Of a DNA stretch of 64,000 nt, positions 23,891-37,253 are shown piece after piece; position 1 is the stretch's first letter, and the number at the start of each line of letters is the position of its first letter. Below the pieces are notes generated by a model. It saw only the letters and a list, made by a program, of their open reading frames with translations. It made no database searches and had not been told where the DNA came from. Source of the DNA: Epiperipatus broadwayi. Taxonomy: Eukaryota > Animalia > Onychophora. A program made the position numbers and the translations under genes. Location of the stretch: NCBI GenBank assembly GCA_028023455.1, contig JAQFVV010000002.1:26722001-26786000 (forward strand), read 5' to 3'.

Positions 23891-24829
23891 TTTAAAGAAA
23901 GAATTGAAAGACAACAACACAAGATTTTAATTAAACAGATTAAAGAACTTTCAATGACGGATTTGTATAATTGTTACAAACTTTTTTTAAAATTTTTAAT
24001 TCTTTATCTTTGCCCCCCCCTAGCATTGCTTAGGAATTCATAGCACTTTTATTCACCAGAAATGATAGATGTGGACCATGATTTATGATCTTGAGCTTCA
24101 GTCTGCCATTCTAAGACTGTACTAATCCACCCAAGGCAATTAGGATAATCATAATCAAGTATTAATGGCTGAATATTTGAAATACAAGCACTCTTCACAT
24201 ACCTGGAGCCTAATGTATGTCAACTATCCACACTATCTTATAACATTGATACACATGACCACACACATGTAGAAAAGATAAATAATCACCAATATATGTA
24301 TTTCATGCTAAACCAGCACTCATCAGTTGGTCCAGATTATCGTCTCCCACACATATATATATATATAATCAGTAAAAGTCTGAGTTCAAATCCCCTATAT
24401 TTATTAATGGCTGCTAAGTAATGATGAAACTATGTGTATACCATAGTTATAACTAATGAAATTATTTATATACAAAGCTAAGTATAAATGCTACTTAATA
24501 TGTTCTTATGTGATAAAATATTATGAATAAGACCTATCTATATTTTGATTCTACCATCTCTATGATGAATAAAATTATGTACTTCACTAAATAATACATA
24601 AATTTGACACATGCACTACTTTAATTCTCTAAAAGATTTATTTTAAAATAATGAAAAACTTTCAAATTAAATATATAAATAAAATAAAAAAAAATTCAGT
24701 TTAAAGTTTATTGTAATTATCAGTAGGATTATTAGAATTTTAATTATGTGGTAAAGGCATTTCTTTCATACACACATATATAGTTAAAACCTATTCATGG
24801 AACAACCAAGTCATACTATAATAATTCAC

Positions 24830-24985
24830 AAGCCAGATTTCTAAAGAATCATTTAAAGGAATTTGAAAATAATGGCCCTTTCTTACATCACCAATCTATT
24901 TGTCAGATAAATAGATTTGTGTCGCTATACGAAAAGGGATACAATTTTCAAGTTCATTTAAATGATTTTTTAAGAAATCTGGCTT
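24830..24985. mobile_element. MITE-like foldback element (related to 4999-5160)
   Basis: AAGCCAGATTTCTAAAGAATCATTTAAA / TTTAAATGATTTTTTAAGAAATCTGGCTT. Confidence 0.6.
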
Positions 24986-25025
24986 ATGAATCATCATAGT
25001 AATGTTTTCGGAAGTACTTGTTTTA

Positions 25026-25208
25026 AAACAGGCAAAACTCTCTATACATATTGCCACTCAATGCACGCCAGAGTAATCAATGGATGCCAGAAGGCTTGTG
25101 CATAAAATCCCCATCTAGTGCCTACTCATCCATTATCCCCAGACTAGTTTCTGGCTTGTGGCCTTCAACTGTGAGGAGCCTTGGATCATGTGATGTTTAT
25201 TGGCTTAT
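25026..25208. mobile_element. HHR family-1 element: inverted part (-) plus forward tail end (+) joined by GATC microhomology
   Basis: TSD GTACTTGTTTTA at 25014-25025 and 25209-25220; hammerhead on - at 25136-25177 with degenerate core CAGUUGA. Confidence 0.85.
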
Positions 25209-26153
25209 GTACTTGTTTTATAAATAGGTTTATATTATTAGCATTATGTACTTAATAAAACTGAATTCATTTGTGGGTTTATTAGAATTACTAGAACTAC
25301 AAATATATAACATATTTACATGCAGTTTAAGAGTACACATAAATTTGTTAAATAAATTTAATCATATTTTATTATTATTTTTAAGCTGCAATTTATCATT
25401 TATTTAGTCTTTATTGGTTATATTTCATTTATTATCTACTTAAATTAATGCAATAATATTAATTTATGCGTATTTACGCAAAATCTCTATATACATTTAT
25501 TTAACACCACAAGTTATTAGCATATTTATAAATATATCTTTATTCTATTAATGACTGGTAGCTACTATATGTGTTAGATAACCTAAAAAGCAAACTAGCA
25601 GGCAAACAAAAGATCGATGGTTAACGATTTTCCAAAGTGAGGTAGGAGGTTACTGTTCCTCACATACATGTTGCTCAATTCTTATAATCTTCAAAAAATT
25701 ATTTGAAGAGTATGTGAATAATTTCTAAACAGATAATTAAAAGTGTTACTTATTTAAGAACTCATACATGTTCTTTTTAAATTATAATTTAATTATCATG
25801 CTTTATTATTTTTAAAGCAGTTTTTGTTTTTTTTATAAAGTAGATACTTCAAGTTATTGTTTGGCAGCATCTAAATATAAACAGGCATATTTGTATCCGA
25901 ACATTTTATCAAAAACAAAAAAGCTAGCATCTAAAAGCAATTAAAATGTCACATGATATCTTGTAAAGCAATAAATTATTATTGTTTTGAAATTATAAAG
26001 AGAAAATTAATTTCGTTTAATTAAAATGGAAACAAAAATCTAAATAAGTACAAACAAGTATACAAAAATTATCAGATGAATGATGTCTGGTTTTTCAGGA
26101 TTCACCAGTATTTTCTTTCTATATATCTGTACAAATAATTGCAGAATTCTTAC

Positions 26154-26314
26154 CTAAAAAATATATGCTAGTTAGACGAACATACTTAATATTTGGGGCA
26201 ATAAATGTAGTAAAATCTCTGTGCCATAATTCCATTAAGTACAGAAACTGTAAACATGTCATAATCTGAGATGCAGATTCCACAGGAAGGTCCAAAGGGT
26301 CAGAGATTTGATTA
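26154..26314 (-). CDS. RPAP1: RPAP1 exon
   Basis: Phase 2/1: NQISDPLDLPVESASQIMTCLQFLYLMELWHRDFTTFIAPNIKYVRLTSIYFL. Confidence 0.88.
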
Positions 26315-26969
26315 CTGTAATAATAAAAATAAAATGAAATAAAGATGGAAGCATTACATGTTAATTAGGAAACAGTAAACAATAAATGAAATGAAAAAAT
26401 AAAAAATTCTATCTCACCAAGTAAATTTCTGTCAAAATTTTATTAATTATATACAACATACATGCATATCCAAATATGATTTATATATTTTTAAACATGT
26501 GTGTGTATATGTTTTTCCTTTTTTTTTTTTTTTAAATAAAAACATTTCTTATTTAACTGTTAAATTAAGCATCCTAAAAAATTTACAAATCAAACTTGTA
26601 AATTTTTGAGAGAAAAAATTAGTGTAATTTTGTCTGACAAGACATAAATCAACTTTAATGTAATCAATAAATAAAATGTTTGCCATTTTTTTTTTTAAAA
26701 AAGATCTGTCACCTACACCAATGCTTTCAACAATTAACACAGGAATAAATTTACCAAAATGATGATTCTTTCTGGCTTCGTTTTCAGGATACTTGCATTT
26801 CATTAAAAATAACTACTCTATTATTATATTTACATAATTCACAATCTACTAATTGGTAACTTGAATTCATAATTTATAATTCAAACAATTGACATATCAT
26901 CTTGGTCAAATCTCTATCTTATTTTTAGTTAGGATTAATCAGATAGTCTTTGTAATATTGTATTGATGC

Positions 26970-27059
26970 CATTATTATTTTCTACCATTATCGATCCACT
27001 GCAGGATGGTCTCTCCAAATTCATTCCATCTCCGATCTCTAATCTCTCTTCTCCACATT
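26970..27059 (-). mobile_element. RTE LINE extreme 3' fragment
   Basis: Matches the 3' ends of 8137-8230 and 53460-53560 (TGGAGAAGAGAG..GGAGAGACC.TC..CTGCAGTG.ATCGATAATG). Confidence 0.7.
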
Positions 27060-27679
27060 ATGTAATTGGCTTTATTTCTAATATTCAAATTGAATAGTTC
27101 ATGAAAATTACAGATGTCTCAGGATATTTTTGTTTAATAAAATCCTTATTTCACATTATAAGACTTATAGAGTTATGATAAACATCTTATAGGTATATAA
27201 ATTTATGTTTGTTGAAGGCTGTGTTCAGATTACCATTGGGCTCCACAGATGATGGATAGTGAAATGGCCTTTAGATATGAAGGCCAGTTGTGAATAACAA
27301 ATAAATAGCACCCTATCAAGAACTCCTGCTGCCTTGTAGGATATGATGTTGGTTCATCAAAGGCTAGGACAGTTTCTGATAGTCTTTTCTGTTTCCCTCT
27401 TTTCTTTCTTTAGCCATTTTGTGAGCCTCTCATGTCATCAGATATCTGTGATGATTAGATTGTGTGTTTGTGTGACAACATTTCCAGCATTTCTGACTAT
27501 TCCTTCCTCATTTTTTTTAAAGTTAAAGCCATCAAAAGAATTAAGAAAGCAATAACGCTGAAAGGCTTAGGCTGGCAGTCCTTAATTGTAATCTTTTCTC
27601 AAGGCAGTATAACCACTAATGAGTCGATTTGGAATTGAATTTCAATGGGGCAGGAGTTTCAGCCAGCAAAGATTTGTAT

Positions 27680-30600
27680 TTTTAAACAAACTCTATTTAA
27701 GGATCCCCTTACCTACCATGGAAATGTAAAAGCCTAGGTTTCACACAGGCTGGCTAGGTTGTCGTGCCAGTGGATTTTTAATAATAAAAATAGTAATAAT
27801 AATAATTTTTTTTAAAAAATATAGGTACATAAAATGTGTGAACTTTACTTAATACAAACTCTTCAAAACCAGAATAGAGGACTGCATTGATGATTAAGGA
27901 AGACAAGATTTAAAATCAATATAGCTGCTGTTAGCTTAACCTGTCTCTAGAAGATGAAAGTTTAATAGAACAGATGGATGGATACAAGTTTTTGGAAAAG
28001 CAGGTTAATTAGTGAAAGGAGAATGTACGATGTTGGATTTTCTATACGGTCTAATTTAGTATCTTCTATTGCTGGAATTCCTCATTATATCAATAAAAGG
28101 CTAATACTATTAAAAATCATTTTGCAAAATATGATTTATGCTCATTTTATTAGTGCCTACATTCCAATCTTAGATTCGGAGAGTTCAGAAAAGAAAAGCT
28201 TTTATTCCTTGTTGGATGGCATTATTATAGCAATATCATTAAAAGATCAAATTTTTCTTCTTGAAGACTTTAACACAGTGTGTAGGTACAGATTGTAGAC
28301 TGTAGTCAAAAGTTATTGAAAATAAAAGAATTGATGCTTTAAATTCAAATGGTTTGTTATTATTGAATTTATGCACAACATCTGAGTTGATTATCACTAA
28401 CATTTTATTTAGGCAGAAAAACTGTTATAAAGGAACGTGGATGCATCCCATGCTCAAAGCAATGGAATTGAATCAATTATATTATAGTTAGAAGTCAAAA
28501 TGCAACAGAAGTTCACATTATATAACTACTTACAAGCACAGTTCTTAGACAGATCATAGATTAGTACATTCCAAGATTAAAATGGTAGATGCATATCACA
28601 TTCACAAGAAAATTGATGTTCACTTTAGCAGCTGTTAAGCACTCAAATTGCCAGTTTGGATATTCAGACCTGTCATATTACTGAAGCATGAAAATCTCTT
28701 AAAGACTGTTATGAATATAAGTAAATCAGTTTTTAGATTCACTAAAACTAAGAATCAAAATTAATTTTCTAACAATAATCTTATTATGTGATCTAATTAA
28801 AAGAAAGAATGTGGCACTTTCTGCTTAGCAGAATAACAGATTGAACGTGGAAGGTCAACAACTGATGAGAAGGCTTAAAAACAAATGGTGAATTAAAACT
28901 GCAAAGAAAATAGATATTCAATAATCATGGTCATTCTAAACCTTTTTTTTGATATACTGAAAGCAATATATGGGTCTGAGAAACCGTATCATAATCCTAT
29001 CAAATCCTTATATGATGACAATATTTTGATCATTTTTTGAATAATTATACAAAAGTTGAGATGACAACTTTTAACAATATTACCATTTTATCTAATCTAT
29101 ATTTGAACAAATATATCTAACTTAGTAAAATCAAAACAACTCTTTGCAATTTTAAAAATGAGCATTTATTTTATATAGCGCATGTTTATAAATTGTAATA
29201 CATTAACGATCAGCCTTTTCAGGCTACCGTGCACGCGCTTTTCACGAGTGTTAATAATAAATGAATACTTTCATTCCCAACCCAAGATATAGTATTTATG
29301 AAAGAACAAAATGAATCCACTTGTTCTTTCCAACCCAAATGCTTATATATGGGCAAATCTTAAGTACTGGAAATCAAAGTATTCATTTATTATTAACACT
29401 CATGAAAAGCCCATGCACAGTAGCTTGAAAAGGCTGATTGTTAATGTATTACAATTTATAAACATGCGCTATATAAAATAAATGCTTATTTACATATGTT
29501 TAAGTTTCATTTGAGAGTGATGTTTCATAAATTCTAGATAATTTCGTCGATGTCATTCATTCAGATATCGTAAACAGTAATTTAAAGTGAGTAGTCTATC
29601 CTCACGCTTTGATTTCCAGTACTTAAGATTCACCCATATATAAGCATTTGGGTTGGAAAGAACAAGTGGATTCATTTTGTTCTTTCATAAATACTACATC
29701 TTGTGTTGGGAATTAAAGTATTCATTTATTATTAACACTCGTGAGAAGCGCATGCACAGTAGCTTGAAAAGGCTGATCGTTAATGTATTACAATTTTAAA
29801 AATGGAAAAACTGCAAATCCTAGTGAAATACCCAGAGAAGTTTTAAAATAAAGTGGTGATATGTTAACTTCAAAAATATTGGAATTTTTTTTAGAAATAT
29901 CTGGACCCAAGAAGTTGTGCCGCCCAATCTTAAGAATACTTTTATAGTTCCGAGAATAGATAAGATGATAGTAATTATCATGAAATATCACTATTATCTT
30001 ACTACAGCAAAGATATTTTCAAATATTTTTCTTGACTAGGTTGCTTCCACTTATAGATTAATGGTTACCAAAGATTCCATATGGTTTTATGGAATCAAGA
30101 AGCATTACAGACATGGTCTTGTTGCCAGGAAAATGCAAGAAAAATGTCAGCTACAAAAGAGCAATTTATATGCTAGCTTTAATTGATTTTGTCAAGATAT
30201 TTGATTCAGTTAATAGGACAGACCTATTATGATGAAATGAGAGGAAATGTTATTACTAAAGGTGGAAAATCAGGCATTTGAAATAAAAACTGATGTCAAA
30301 CAAGGATGAGTAATTGCTTCAATATTGCCTTCAATTTTTATAGCAGTGGTCTTTGGAATTGTTTGTAGGTGGCTTAATCAAATAGGGTTCAAGATATAAT
30401 ACAGAGTAATGGTAGAATTTTTAATTTAAATTAATTAAAAGTGAGAAGAAGAATTTCTCCTTGGATCTGAATTTACAGTATGCCAATGAATATACTACTT
30501 TTTCAGTTCAAAAGATGATTTACAGAATGTTCTTAATGTTTTGCATACAACATATAGACACTTTGATTTATTAATTAATGTTCAAAAAACCCAAGTTCTT

Positions 30601-31240
30601 TATCAACCAGTGACTGAAGGAAAATCCTCTGTAATTATTAGCTTGGATGGTTATCAGCTTGAGAATGTAAATCAATTTAAATACCTTGGTAATTTTATAA
30701 GAAGAACAATGGACTTAAAATATTGGAGTAGAACATAGAATCCAATGTACTGCTGCTGCTTTTTTCAAGTTAAAAGTAGAGCATTTCATCAAATGAAGAT
30801 AATTACTATATAAAGAGCTGTTATTTTATCAAATTTATTGTATGGAAGTGAAACTTGGACATTCTATCAGCATAATATAAAGACATTAGAAAAGTTTTCA
30901 TTTAAGGATCGTAAAATTTTAAAAAATACAGTGGCAAGATCATAAAAACAATCAATATATTCTTTAGCTTCCTGGATGTGATATTACTGAATCCAATATT
31001 GAAAATCACATATTGGTTGAATTGGATATGTAAAATGAACAAACAATGGAAGACTTCCTAAAACAGTATTTTGTGGTGAACTTGATCATGTTTTATTTAG
31101 GAAAGATAGGTCCCATTTACAATATAAAGATTATTTCAAAGATTTTCTAAAGAAATACTACGTCAATTGTTTCAAATGGTAAGATATGGCAGAGAATGAA
31201 TACAATGGGAGAATTACAATTAGATAATTCATTGAAGTAT
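27680..31240 (+). mobile_element. Near full-length decayed RTE-BovB-like LINE (AP endonuclease + RT), interrupted at 29161-29790
   Basis: APE: YxFWKS..ERR..VGFSIRSNLV..INKRL..AHFISAYIP..KKSFYSLLD..KDQIFLLEDFN. RT: YGF..RSITDMV.VARKMQEKC..IDFVKIFDSVNR, DVKQG.VIA, ELQYAN, FKYLGN, LLYGSETWT, GRLPKTVFCGEL. Many stops and frameshifts. Confidence 0.9.
29161..29790. mobile_element. Non-coding insertion with tandem plus inverted pLTR-like architecture and 14-bp TSD
   Basis: TSD CAATTTTAAAAATG at 29147-29160 and 29791-29804. Blocks run X Y | X' Z Y' X'(short), with X, Y ~110 bp and Z ~120 bp. Confidence 0.85.
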
Positions 31241-31327
31241 TTCTTAAAAAAAAGTTTTCTACTGCATCAAGAGAGCAGAAAAAAAATGGATCCGAAATGT
31301 TGAGTCTATATGTGGCTGTATTTCAGA

Positions 31328-31548
31328 TTAAAACAGTAGCAAACTGTCCATACAGTAGTGCCACCTAATGCAAGCCTTAGTAATCAATGGATGTAAGATG
31401 TGTGCATAAAATTCCAATCTAGTACCTACTCATCCATGGTGAATTTGCTACTGTTTGATGAGAGGCACTAGATAAGGATTTTATGCACAAACCTTCTTGC
31501 ATCCATCGATTACTAAGGATTGCACTGGGTGGCACTACTGTATGTAGA
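31328..31548. mobile_element. HHR family-1 inverted pair lacking the ribozyme; forward tail continues at ~32107-32155
   Basis: The - arm (31328-31436) and + arm (31457-31548) both begin ~10-15 nt 3' of the GUC site. The tail AAGCATAGGAAATGGTGATCATGTGAT follows the LINE insert. Confidence 0.75.
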
Positions 31549-31549
31549 G

Positions 31550-32075
31550 TTATAGTGATAAGGAATGGGATAAAAGAATAAATTTATTAATAAAAAATAG
31601 GAAGTTAGAGAGATGGAGAACTAGTGTGGAGAGTTAGAGTTTAAATATATATAGAAATAAACAGAATATTAGGTGTGAGTTAATATATGATAATAGTAAG
31701 GAAAGTAGTCTAATGTTTAAGGCTTGAACGGGATCTTTAGCAACAAGAGAATATACATGTAAATAAAGAATAGAAAATATTAGGCATCTGTTGATTGAAT
31801 GAAAATGCTTGAAAACAGAAAGGGTCCATATAATGAAGTTATGGAAAAATAAATATGAAAAAAGTGATTATACAGAAAGTGGATTATTAGTTTTTATGCT
31901 GGGTTTGGGAAAAGATAAGGGGGATTTAGATATAAAGGCCATAGAGTTGACAAAGATTATGTTGTGGGAATGGGATGGAGCAGAATATGGGAGAACGTAG
32001 AGTGGGGAATGGAAAATAAAGTGGCCAACAGGTTTCTCTGGGCATAATTGCAGAGATTCTTGACTTCGTTTAAGG
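31550..32075 (+). mobile_element. Decayed non-LTR retrotransposon ORF2 C-terminal fragment (clade uncertain)
   Basis: YDNSKESSLMFKA*TGSLATREYTC..ENIRHLLIE*KCL resembles the C-terminal zinc-knuckle region (E...HL..EC) of LINE ORF2. Confidence 0.5.
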
Positions 32076-33029
32076 AAAAGCTACAGTACATCACATCACA
32101 TCATTACTGTTTTTAATAGCTTGTGTAAGCATAGGAAATGGTGATCATGTGATATATTTCAAGTTCAAGATTTTGTATAGTCATTGAAATGATCATACTT
32201 GTTTTTGTGTGGTTGTTTATTATAAAACCTATATTTACAACTCTAAAAAAATTAGTGAAAGCAAGGATGAAATTAATATTTAAGTAAGATGAAAAGATAT
32301 TAAAAATTACAAACCTATGAAGTTCCTTATAATATCTTTACTAAGATCATTACATACAATTCATTAACTCTGGATCCAAACCAACAAAAAAAACAAAAAC
32401 AAAACGAACTTAAAACTGGTTACATCACAAGTAAGAATTATGAGAAATGATAAAAAAGACCAATAAGCATGATTTTCCATTTTGATTTCAATTAGTAGAT
32501 TATAATAAACCCTTGATTCTAAAAAATATTTATCACAATGCAATAGCAGGAATTAGATTACATGGTGACACTAAGAAGATGAATATTGTATATGAAAGTT
32601 GATTTCATCTCTACACAACTTTTTACAATAGTTTAAGCATTTTGTCAAAATGGAAAACCAAAGATATAAAAATAAATATTGATTTCTAAAGTCATCTAGA
32701 ATTTGAACATAATGAGAAAAATTTTGCAACTAATGTTTCACAACTTCAGGAAGTGTTACAAGAAGTATCGCATGAAGCAAAAAAAAAAAGCCCCAAAAAG
32801 AAAAATATTTAAGCCTTTTCTAGGAGAAAGTAAACACTGACAGTAATGAATTAGAAGAGAAATTAATACTGCTAAACATCTTGATCATATTATTATTACT
32901 TATGAAAACATAAAGAATGAAAGTAACCACAGAATTGAACACGAATAAAGTGCTTTAGAAAAAATAATGTATTATTAAAAGGAAATATGTCTAGATATTT
33001 GAAAAAAAAAAAAAAGATTTTTAATAGAT

Positions 33030-33270
33030 GTATCTTGCCAAACTTTACTTATTTTGAACACATAATAAAAGAGCCATACTGTAACTTCAAACCCTTTAAT
33101 GAAGCACAGAGAGATATATAAAATAACCACAAGAAATCAAAAGCAAAATATTTAAAACAAACAAGTATCATTGACCTTGTTAAAAGAATTAGGAGACTAA
33201 CTGGAGTTGGGCTGCAAATGTCACAGAAGAGATAATAATATATAGTCAACTGAACTTAGAATGAATCTAC
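33030..33270 (+). mobile_element. Old RTE LINE 3' fragment
   Basis: CAAACAAGTATCATTGACCTTGTTAAAAGAATTAGGAGACTAACTGGAGTTGGGCTG parallels 53280-53335. Confidence 0.65.
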
Positions 33271-33793
33271 ATTTCGAAATAGAATGGTAAGAAAGTTTGC
33301 TTAAATGATATAAGGAAGTTATGAATAAGAGGTAAATTTGTGAGAACATTATACTGCAATAGAATGATAATTATTTAAAATGGAGATGAAGATAAGTGTT
33401 TTTTTTTTTTATGATTACAGATTATGAAATTTATTGAAATAATCTAGTCATTTTTGATGACGTTAATAAATGTTGTTCTACATCAGAATCGCTTATTTTA
33501 TACAAAAAAAGATAATGGCCTCCAGACCTTAAAATGTCATCTAAATGATATTAATACTCACATTTTCTGTAAATAAAATGTAAAAAGAGCAAGAACTGAT
33601 TTATCAATGTTATTCATTACACAAGCTTCATCATAGTGATTCAACATTCTCCACTAAAGTTCACATATTTTTAATTTTTTTCAACTTTTTTTTTTAAAAA
33701 AAAAAAGGTTTAATTGTTATATTTTTTTACAAATCCAAGCTTTAATTTAAACTTTTAACAATACTGCACAAGTTACTATATAACAGAGTGTTT

Positions 33794-33926
33794 CGAGTAA
33801 TATTATCCTCCTCTCTTCTTCAGGTGTTGTTGGCCTAACCAGAAACAGTACTAGTATGGAAACCGAACTTGGGATCTTTAATCATTAATATTGAATGTAA
33901 AGTGATGCCTTTACCATCTAGACTAT
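33794..33926 (-). mobile_element. tRNA-derived SINE (family B); other copies at 37111-37253 (-) and partial ~34290-34345 (+)
   Basis: Shared core GCC.ACAACACCTGAA.AAGAG..GA.TAATA.TACTCG; copy at 37111 starts AATAGCTCAGTTGGTTAGAG (tRNA A-box/D-arm). Confidence 0.55.
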
Positions 33927-35799
33927 TTTATCAAACATAAGAATCAGTAGAAATTTCATATACTTATCTATGAGGATCCTCCTGATTTCTCCACTTTTTT
34001 CAAGCACAAGGATTAATGAGTCATTTCCAAACATGAACTATCACACTAGGTTAGCTGATGAAGTTATCTGCCATTGTAAGTGAGCGCAGCTTCTTTCAAT
34101 TTTTTTCTTTGTACTTTTTTTCTCTCTATTCAATATTTATGTCTTTTCCAAATCTAAATGTCTGCTATCCCCTCATAGATTAGTAAATAAACTTTCTGAC
34201 TATTGTTTTTGACAGACTAGGCTAGTTAATAAAACATAATCACCTTAAATTCAATATTCACCAATCTAAAGGTTTCTGTGCTAGTATTATCCCAGATTAG
34301 GCCAGCAGCAATACCTGAAGAATCTGGGCGCTAGTATTAACAGTTGAATGCATAAATTTTGAATTTTTCTAAAGACATTTAATAATTAATATTAGACAAC
34401 AGAAATAGTTCAATATATAATTAAAAATAAAATATCATCACAAAGTTTCAAACAAATTAAGTTTCATTCATAACTGAAAGAAATCTGTTTGAATATTTCA
34501 TGATATTAAGTGATATCTAGATATATTAAATATCGTTATAAGAATTACAGTTTTTATTTTAATTCTTTTGTATAACTTTATTATGCCATAATAAGTGAAA
34601 AGAAAAAAACAACACTAATTTGAGATGATTTTGGTAAATTATAGAGGAATATTATGGAAGTCAGACATATGAGAATAATAATACAGTAAGCTATCTTTTA
34701 CTTTCAGTATTATAAAAGAGTGCATTCTGTGAGTTAACAGAACCTAAAAGAGCAAATCCAAGAATTTAATGTCACTGAATTTATTGTCAATTAAGTCTTT
34801 ATTGGACTCTAATGCCAGTTACAGTAACCCTATGATTAATTTAATACTTTCATCATAGAATAATATTTAGAATACTTTGTTCTCATTTATTCTTTGATAA
34901 CTTTAGTTCCTTAGTAGTGTCACTATTCTATATTACATTTTTCCTCTCTAAATAAGTGTAAGTTGAGATGCTCTGTTAATCTCTAATTTATTGTTAGCTT
35001 AATTAAAATACTAAAGTATAATAGATCGATTTCAAGTGTTCAGACTAAAATGAAAATAATTCTAATCATTACATTGAAATTTCATTCCATTTAGTGCTTA
35101 ATATTTATTAAATTAAGACAACTGAACATAGTTAAAAATCTTATTCTAATTGATTTGATGTAAATATTGGAAAAAATAAAGAACTTAAAAAATTTATTCC
35201 AAAAATCTCGAAAACTGAGAATTTCTAGCTCAGCCTGCCCTCTGATGGTCAAATATTATAACTTTCCAAACAACAAACTATTTGAATATTTCAAAACGTA
35301 TTTAGAAATAAATACCTAATAAAATATAATTTTATATTTTTAATTTTTGATTCACACATGTATCTATTATAAAAATTTCATCTCAAGAGATTTTAAATTC
35401 AGGATTAGAAGTATAAAACTTATGTATGAATGAAAGTCTGTTTTAATTAATTTATCAGGGATATTGAAAATATAATCAATTTTTATCAATCAATTTGAAA
35501 ACACTGTTCAGTGATAATAACTAGATGATATAATTTCTATATATCGTTGTATATATATACAAAAAATGGTTTAAAGCATCATTGTTTAAATATTTAATTT
35601 TCACTGAAAGCCTAGGAAAAAAAAATTGCAATGAATAAAGTTATAAATCTTAAGAATTGTTTTGTTTTCTCCTCGAGAATCGAACAGAAAAAAAACTTCC
35701 AATAAAATAGTTTTTTTAAAATTAGTTTTATTCTCAACAATATATATATATAAATTAAACAATTTTTTTTTAATTAATAAAATGGAAGAAACAACTTAC

Positions 35800-35925
35800 C
35801 TCTTATTTCTTAATTGACTAAACTGTAACAATGGTAAATACATCCATTCTTTATTCAATAAAGATGAGCCTCTATGACCCACTATCAATTTCTCAACTTT
35901 ATGAGTCAACTGAAGATTTCTATTC
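35800..35925 (-). CDS. RPAP1: RPAP1 exon
   Basis: Phase 2/2: NRNLQLTHKVEKLIVGHRGSSLLNKEWMYLPLLQFSQLRNK (RPAP1 DW.FLPL motif seen as EWMYLPL); donor AG|GTAAGT. Confidence 0.88.
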
Positions 35926-37110
35926 CTATCAAAATAAGTATTAAAATTTCTCTATCTTAAATTAAATAAGAAATGAAACATATTGAGAAATGTTTTTATG
36001 TAATATATATTTAAAAAGACTTCTAATACTATAATTGTTGGCTTTTAAATATTTAAGAGAGAATGAACAATTGAACAAGACAAAGAATTATTGTTCAACA
36101 AGTTGCCATATCTCATCTGAGAATGAAAACACTTCATCATTGAAAGAGGTGATTTATTCACTCTTCCATGATTTAGAGCAATAAGTGAAAAATTTTCCAA
36201 ATTTATTGACATAATTTAAATAGCATTTTATTTTTTTATTTTTTTTGTAATATTTCTGATATAATTTGTATATTCATATGACTTCTTTTTTGTGGCTATG
36301 GTCTCAGCGATTTATCTCAGTTCACTTTCTATTACTGAAAGTTCCAGTTTTTTCATCCAAACTATCCTAGTTGTAGTTATCTTGATGGTAAAATTCATTT
36401 GGATATTTTTTGTCATCTTTGTCCTGTTAGTCATAAGATGCTCACAGGTGATATTCTGCAATACCTATTTATTCGAGGCTCAGATTTTATTCCTTGCATA
36501 TATTCTTTTAAAGACTGTTATTAGAATTCCATGTTTATTCAACTTTCAATATCTGCTCCTTATCTTTATGGTAGCTGTTCGGTTCCTCTAAAAAGTATAT
36601 TTTTAATTTTGGTTTTTTTCATCCTTTCATTTCCTGAAGCTATATGAAATACAATTTTTTATTTTTTTTTAAAACTACTTTAATGATTTTTTTTTTGTTT
36701 TTCATCCATATTTTCTTTGGTTCTAAATCAGATTTAAAAAGTCAAATTGATTTCTGAATATATCTTTGAAAGCTATGGGTACAATCTTTGATTATATCTA
36801 AAAAAAAAAAGATAGTTTTGCTCTTTTTTTTTTTTTTTTGCTGCAATTATCAGATTGGATATTTTGCCATTAAAACTGAAGCTTTGTAGCATTTCCTCTG
36901 AAAAGGTAATCTATTAGATTTGAAAAACATCCTCTACTCGAGAATGTTGAAATATAAATAAATTCAGATATGATATGTTGGGCTATTTCCATCATCTATG
37001 AGTGAATGTTGAATGCATAGAAAATTTTAATCTTTATTTAAACTTTCCAAATACAAACTTGTTAGTAATAATACGCAAATAAACAACAGGTTAGTACTTA
37101 GACAACGTTC

Positions 37111-37253
37111 CGAGTAGTATTATTCTTCACTCTTTTTCAGGTGTTGCTGGCTTATATGCACAGTGACAATCTTCACTTAGAGGTTGAATTTGCACCTTTA
37201 GATTCTTGAAAATCAAATTTAAGGTAAATACTCTAACCAACTGAGCTATTCTG
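37111..37253 (-). mobile_element. tRNA-derived SINE (family B)
   Basis: AATAGCTCAGTTGGTTAGAG head plus core shared with 33794-33926. Confidence 0.6.

Noticed and set aside
26549-26803. ORF MKCKYPENEARKNHHFGK.. as an extra RPAP1 exon
   Set aside because: No usable splice sites in phase, and the 35800 and 26314 exons already join in frame.
27565-27640. Possible HDV-like ribozyme near the RTE 5' end (CTT-TTCTC-AAG, ACTAAT)
   Set aside because: RTE 5' ends can carry HDV-like ribozymes, but P1 and P2 cannot be paired convincingly and L3 is too short here.
35800-35925. Apparent frameshift in an RPAP1 exon
   Set aside because: On recount the T-run at 35898-35900 is three bases; the frame is open from the 35925 acceptor and phases match both neighbours.
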